Shown here piece after piece: positions 62,149 through 64,000 of a stretch of DNA of 64,000 bases (the stretch's first letter is position 1; every line of letters begins with the position of its first letter). The stretch covers positions 1-64,000 of IMG/VR virus record IMGVR_UViG_3300043464_001630. One strand, 5' to 3'. The translations under genes and the position numbers were made by a program. Below the pieces are notes generated by a model. It did no database searches. It saw only the letters and a program-made list of their open reading frames with translations, and had not been told where the DNA came from.

Positions 62149-63197
62149 GCCGTAGGAGTTTTGTATCCGTGCTGAATTGGGGCTGCTGTACCTATATTGC
62201 CAGAATTCAGTACGGATGCTCTAGCTCTCATTTGTTCATTACCCGTAGTGAATGAAAGTGGTATATTATTGAACGGATGTTGATGAGGAAGAACAAATAC
62301 CGAATATTCTGGATTTTTATGACTTCCTCCGTTACCAGCACTAGATGCTACGCTAGTTCCTCCGTCTGATAAAACCAAAACAGGAACCTTGTCGGGGCCT
62401 GTCCAAGGAGATTTTGGAGCACCGATACTATTATACAAATTTTTAATATAACTTACATCAGCATATGCAATAATAGCAGTTCCTCCTCCACCTTTTCCGT
62501 CTCCGTTTATTCCACTAGAAGACATTAACTGTCCAAAACTACCAATACCTCCTCCTGTGTATTGAACTTCTGCTGGACAAGTGATATGGTTTACATAAAC
62601 TTCTCCATCAATAAATGCACATCCATTGATAATTGCATTTTTAGCCACTCCTAAATTAGAATTAACTACAACCTGATTTGGAGTTTCGAGATTCATAGAA
62701 TCTGATTTCAATGATATATTATTACCAGATCTAATATTAACATTTCCTTCCGAAGCTACGTTCATTTCTTCCGAAGCAGAAATGATACTTCTTCCGCCAG
62801 AACCTAATCGCATGTTTCCAGCAGTTGCTATACTAGCACCTCCTGCTCCTACAGAAACATCATACTTATTTCCAATATTTAAAGAATAAGTTCCGCAAGG
62901 AAATTTACTATTTTCTACTTCTTCTGTATAAGGAACTGGTTCGTTTTTTACGAAAGATCCTTTTCCTTCGATATCTACAGACTTGGGTCTGAATTCTCCT
63001 TTAACATCTTTTCTAATATGAGGAAAAGTATTTGTGGCTGCACCTATGTGTTCTTGTTTATCTTTTTCGTAAGAAATTATTTGATTTCCTCCTGCCTTGA
63101 TATTGCTTTCAATTGGAATCAAATTTTCACAAACTTTTGCTAAAACTTCACCTTGATTTGATTTATCAAATTTTTGTGTATTCGTTACGTCTGGCAT
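62145..63197 (-). CDS. Putative baseplate spike/hub-associated protein
   Basis: Gly/Asn-rich beta-repeat segments, C-terminal HxH, adjacent to gp5-like gene. Confidence 0.5.
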   Translation of the reverse strand: MPDVTNTQKFDKSNQGEVLAKVCENLIPIESNIKAGGNQIISYEKDKQEHIGAATNTFPHIRKDVKGEFRPKSVDIEGKGSFVKNEPVPYTEEVENSKFPCGTYSLNIGNKYDVSVGAGGASIATAGNMRLGSGGRSIISASEEMNVASEGNVNIRSGNNISLKSDSMNLETPNQVVVNSNLGVAKNAIINGCAFIDGEVYVNHITCPAEVQYTGGGIGSFGQLMSSSGINGDGKGGGGTAIIAYADVSYIKNLYNSIGAPKSPWTGPDKVPVLVLSDGGTSVASSAGNGGSHKNPEYSVFVLPHQHPFNNIPLSFTTGNEQMRARASVLNSGNIGTAAPIQHGYKTPTA

Positions 63198-63209
63198 ATT
63201 ATTTTATAT

Positions 63210-64000
63210 TTAAGCAGGTTTTACTCCTAATTCAACATGCTGAACCTTTTTCATATATTTACTAGGATTCATACCCTTTAACAGATTTGTCCAATTTGTA
63301 GACAATGTTAATTGATTTGATGGATGAGAAAAGGTATTGTTTGCGTTTCCCTTAGATGCGCCACTCTTTGTGGGGTCTGTTATTTTTCTTTCTTTTTGTG
63401 AAAATTGTGCAGATTGAGCAAATGCAGGTGCTGCGGTTTCTACCCATTCGTCGTAGTACGTTTTGTTATCAGGATCTCCGTATGTTAAATAATGATCTCC
63501 TTCGTACCTTTCGTGATTATCTCCCATCACACGAATTGCGCGATCACCTTTTACTGTGTGGGTTTCTTGCTGATTAACAACAGAGATTTTATTTTCTACT
63601 GCAACTTCTGCGGTTACGTGATTTGAAATTTCATAAAAAGAACCGCTATAATGTGATATTTTTATTTTTTCAAAATCATCAGTTTCAATAAATTCTAATG
63701 ATCCTGCTTTTGAATTGAAAACTGTTTTTCCTGTAAAGAAAAAAGGTTCGCCATCTTGCATGTTTTCGCTTCCTGCTGGATAATGTAAGTCTGGATTACT
63801 TCCTTGTGTATTCATTACACTATTCCAATCTGACTTGTCGAATACATATCCGATATATACAGGATAATCTAAACTACCATTTTCGAAAAATACCCAAACT
63901 TGCGATCCAACACGAGGAACCGAAAACATTCCTTTTGTTGCATTGTTAATTGGTGATGGTGCTAATGTTTGATTATAAACATCACATATTCCAGTTTTAT
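63210..64000 (-). CDS. gp5/Vgr-like baseplate hub protein (OB-fold plus beta-helix), 5'-truncated
   Basis: FSVPRVGSQVWVFFENGSLDYPVYIG; HYSGSFYEI; TVKGD..VMGD repeats; frame open to window edge. Confidence 0.8.
   Translation of the reverse strand, partial: KTGICDVYNQTLAPSPINNATKGMFSVPRVGSQVWVFFENGSLDYPVYIGYVFDKSDWNSVMNTQGSNPDLHYPAGSENMQDGEPFFFTGKTVFNSKAGSLEFIETDDFEKIKISHYSGSFYEISNHVTAEVAVENKISVVNQQETHTVKGDRAIRVMGDNHERYEGDHYLTYGDPDNKTYYDEWVETAAPAFAQSAQFSQKERKITDPTKSGASKGNANNTFSHPSNQLTLSTNWTNLLKGMNPSKYMKKVQHVELGVKPA

Noticed and set aside
7240-63577. Many short ORFs overlapping long genes (e.g. 7240, 7525, 14491, 48608, 51203, 57737, 63356)
   Set aside because: Shadow ORFs antisense or out of frame to well-supported genes
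1-64000. Stop-codon reassignment
   Set aside because: Conserved genes are full length in the standard code, and TAA, TAG and TGA all terminate genes

Overview
64 kb of a large T4-like (myovirus/jumbo) phage genome, AT-rich and densely coded. It probably infects a PVC-group host (Verrucomicrobia/Planctomycetes), inferred from two DUF1501 genes and a DUF1549-like gene. Left arm: DUF2828/vWA gene with an array of small CAGCAA hairpin RNAs, two group I intron-split tRNAs (CAU and Asn-GUU) each followed by a free-standing endonuclease, an atypical tRNA-Tyr, rmlC, an IS607/TnpB element sitting in a dead tilS copy next to an intact tilS, uvsE and a papain-like protease. Middle (about 22-50 kb): small early-type genes behind about 22 sigma28-like promoters (CTAAAG-N14-(G/A)CCGAT), ending in a repeat-rich non-coding zone with parS-like palindromes, seven antisense promoter/G-rich units, iteron-like motifs, structured RNAs and a UvrD-like helicase. 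Right arm: nrdB/nrdA, a PAS protein, a ClpP-like protease, thyX and baseplate-hub (gp5/Vgr-like) genes. Two large paralog systems stand out. (1) About 11 late-promoter genes share an N-terminal MND(E/Q)xLIWExY leader fused to unrelated enzymatic cargos, a candidate capsid-targeting effector system. (2) About 19 small proteins have variable N-termini and a shared C-terminal (I/V)xDKxxFFLxxIKYG module. All family assignments are by-eye motif recognition; no searches were run.
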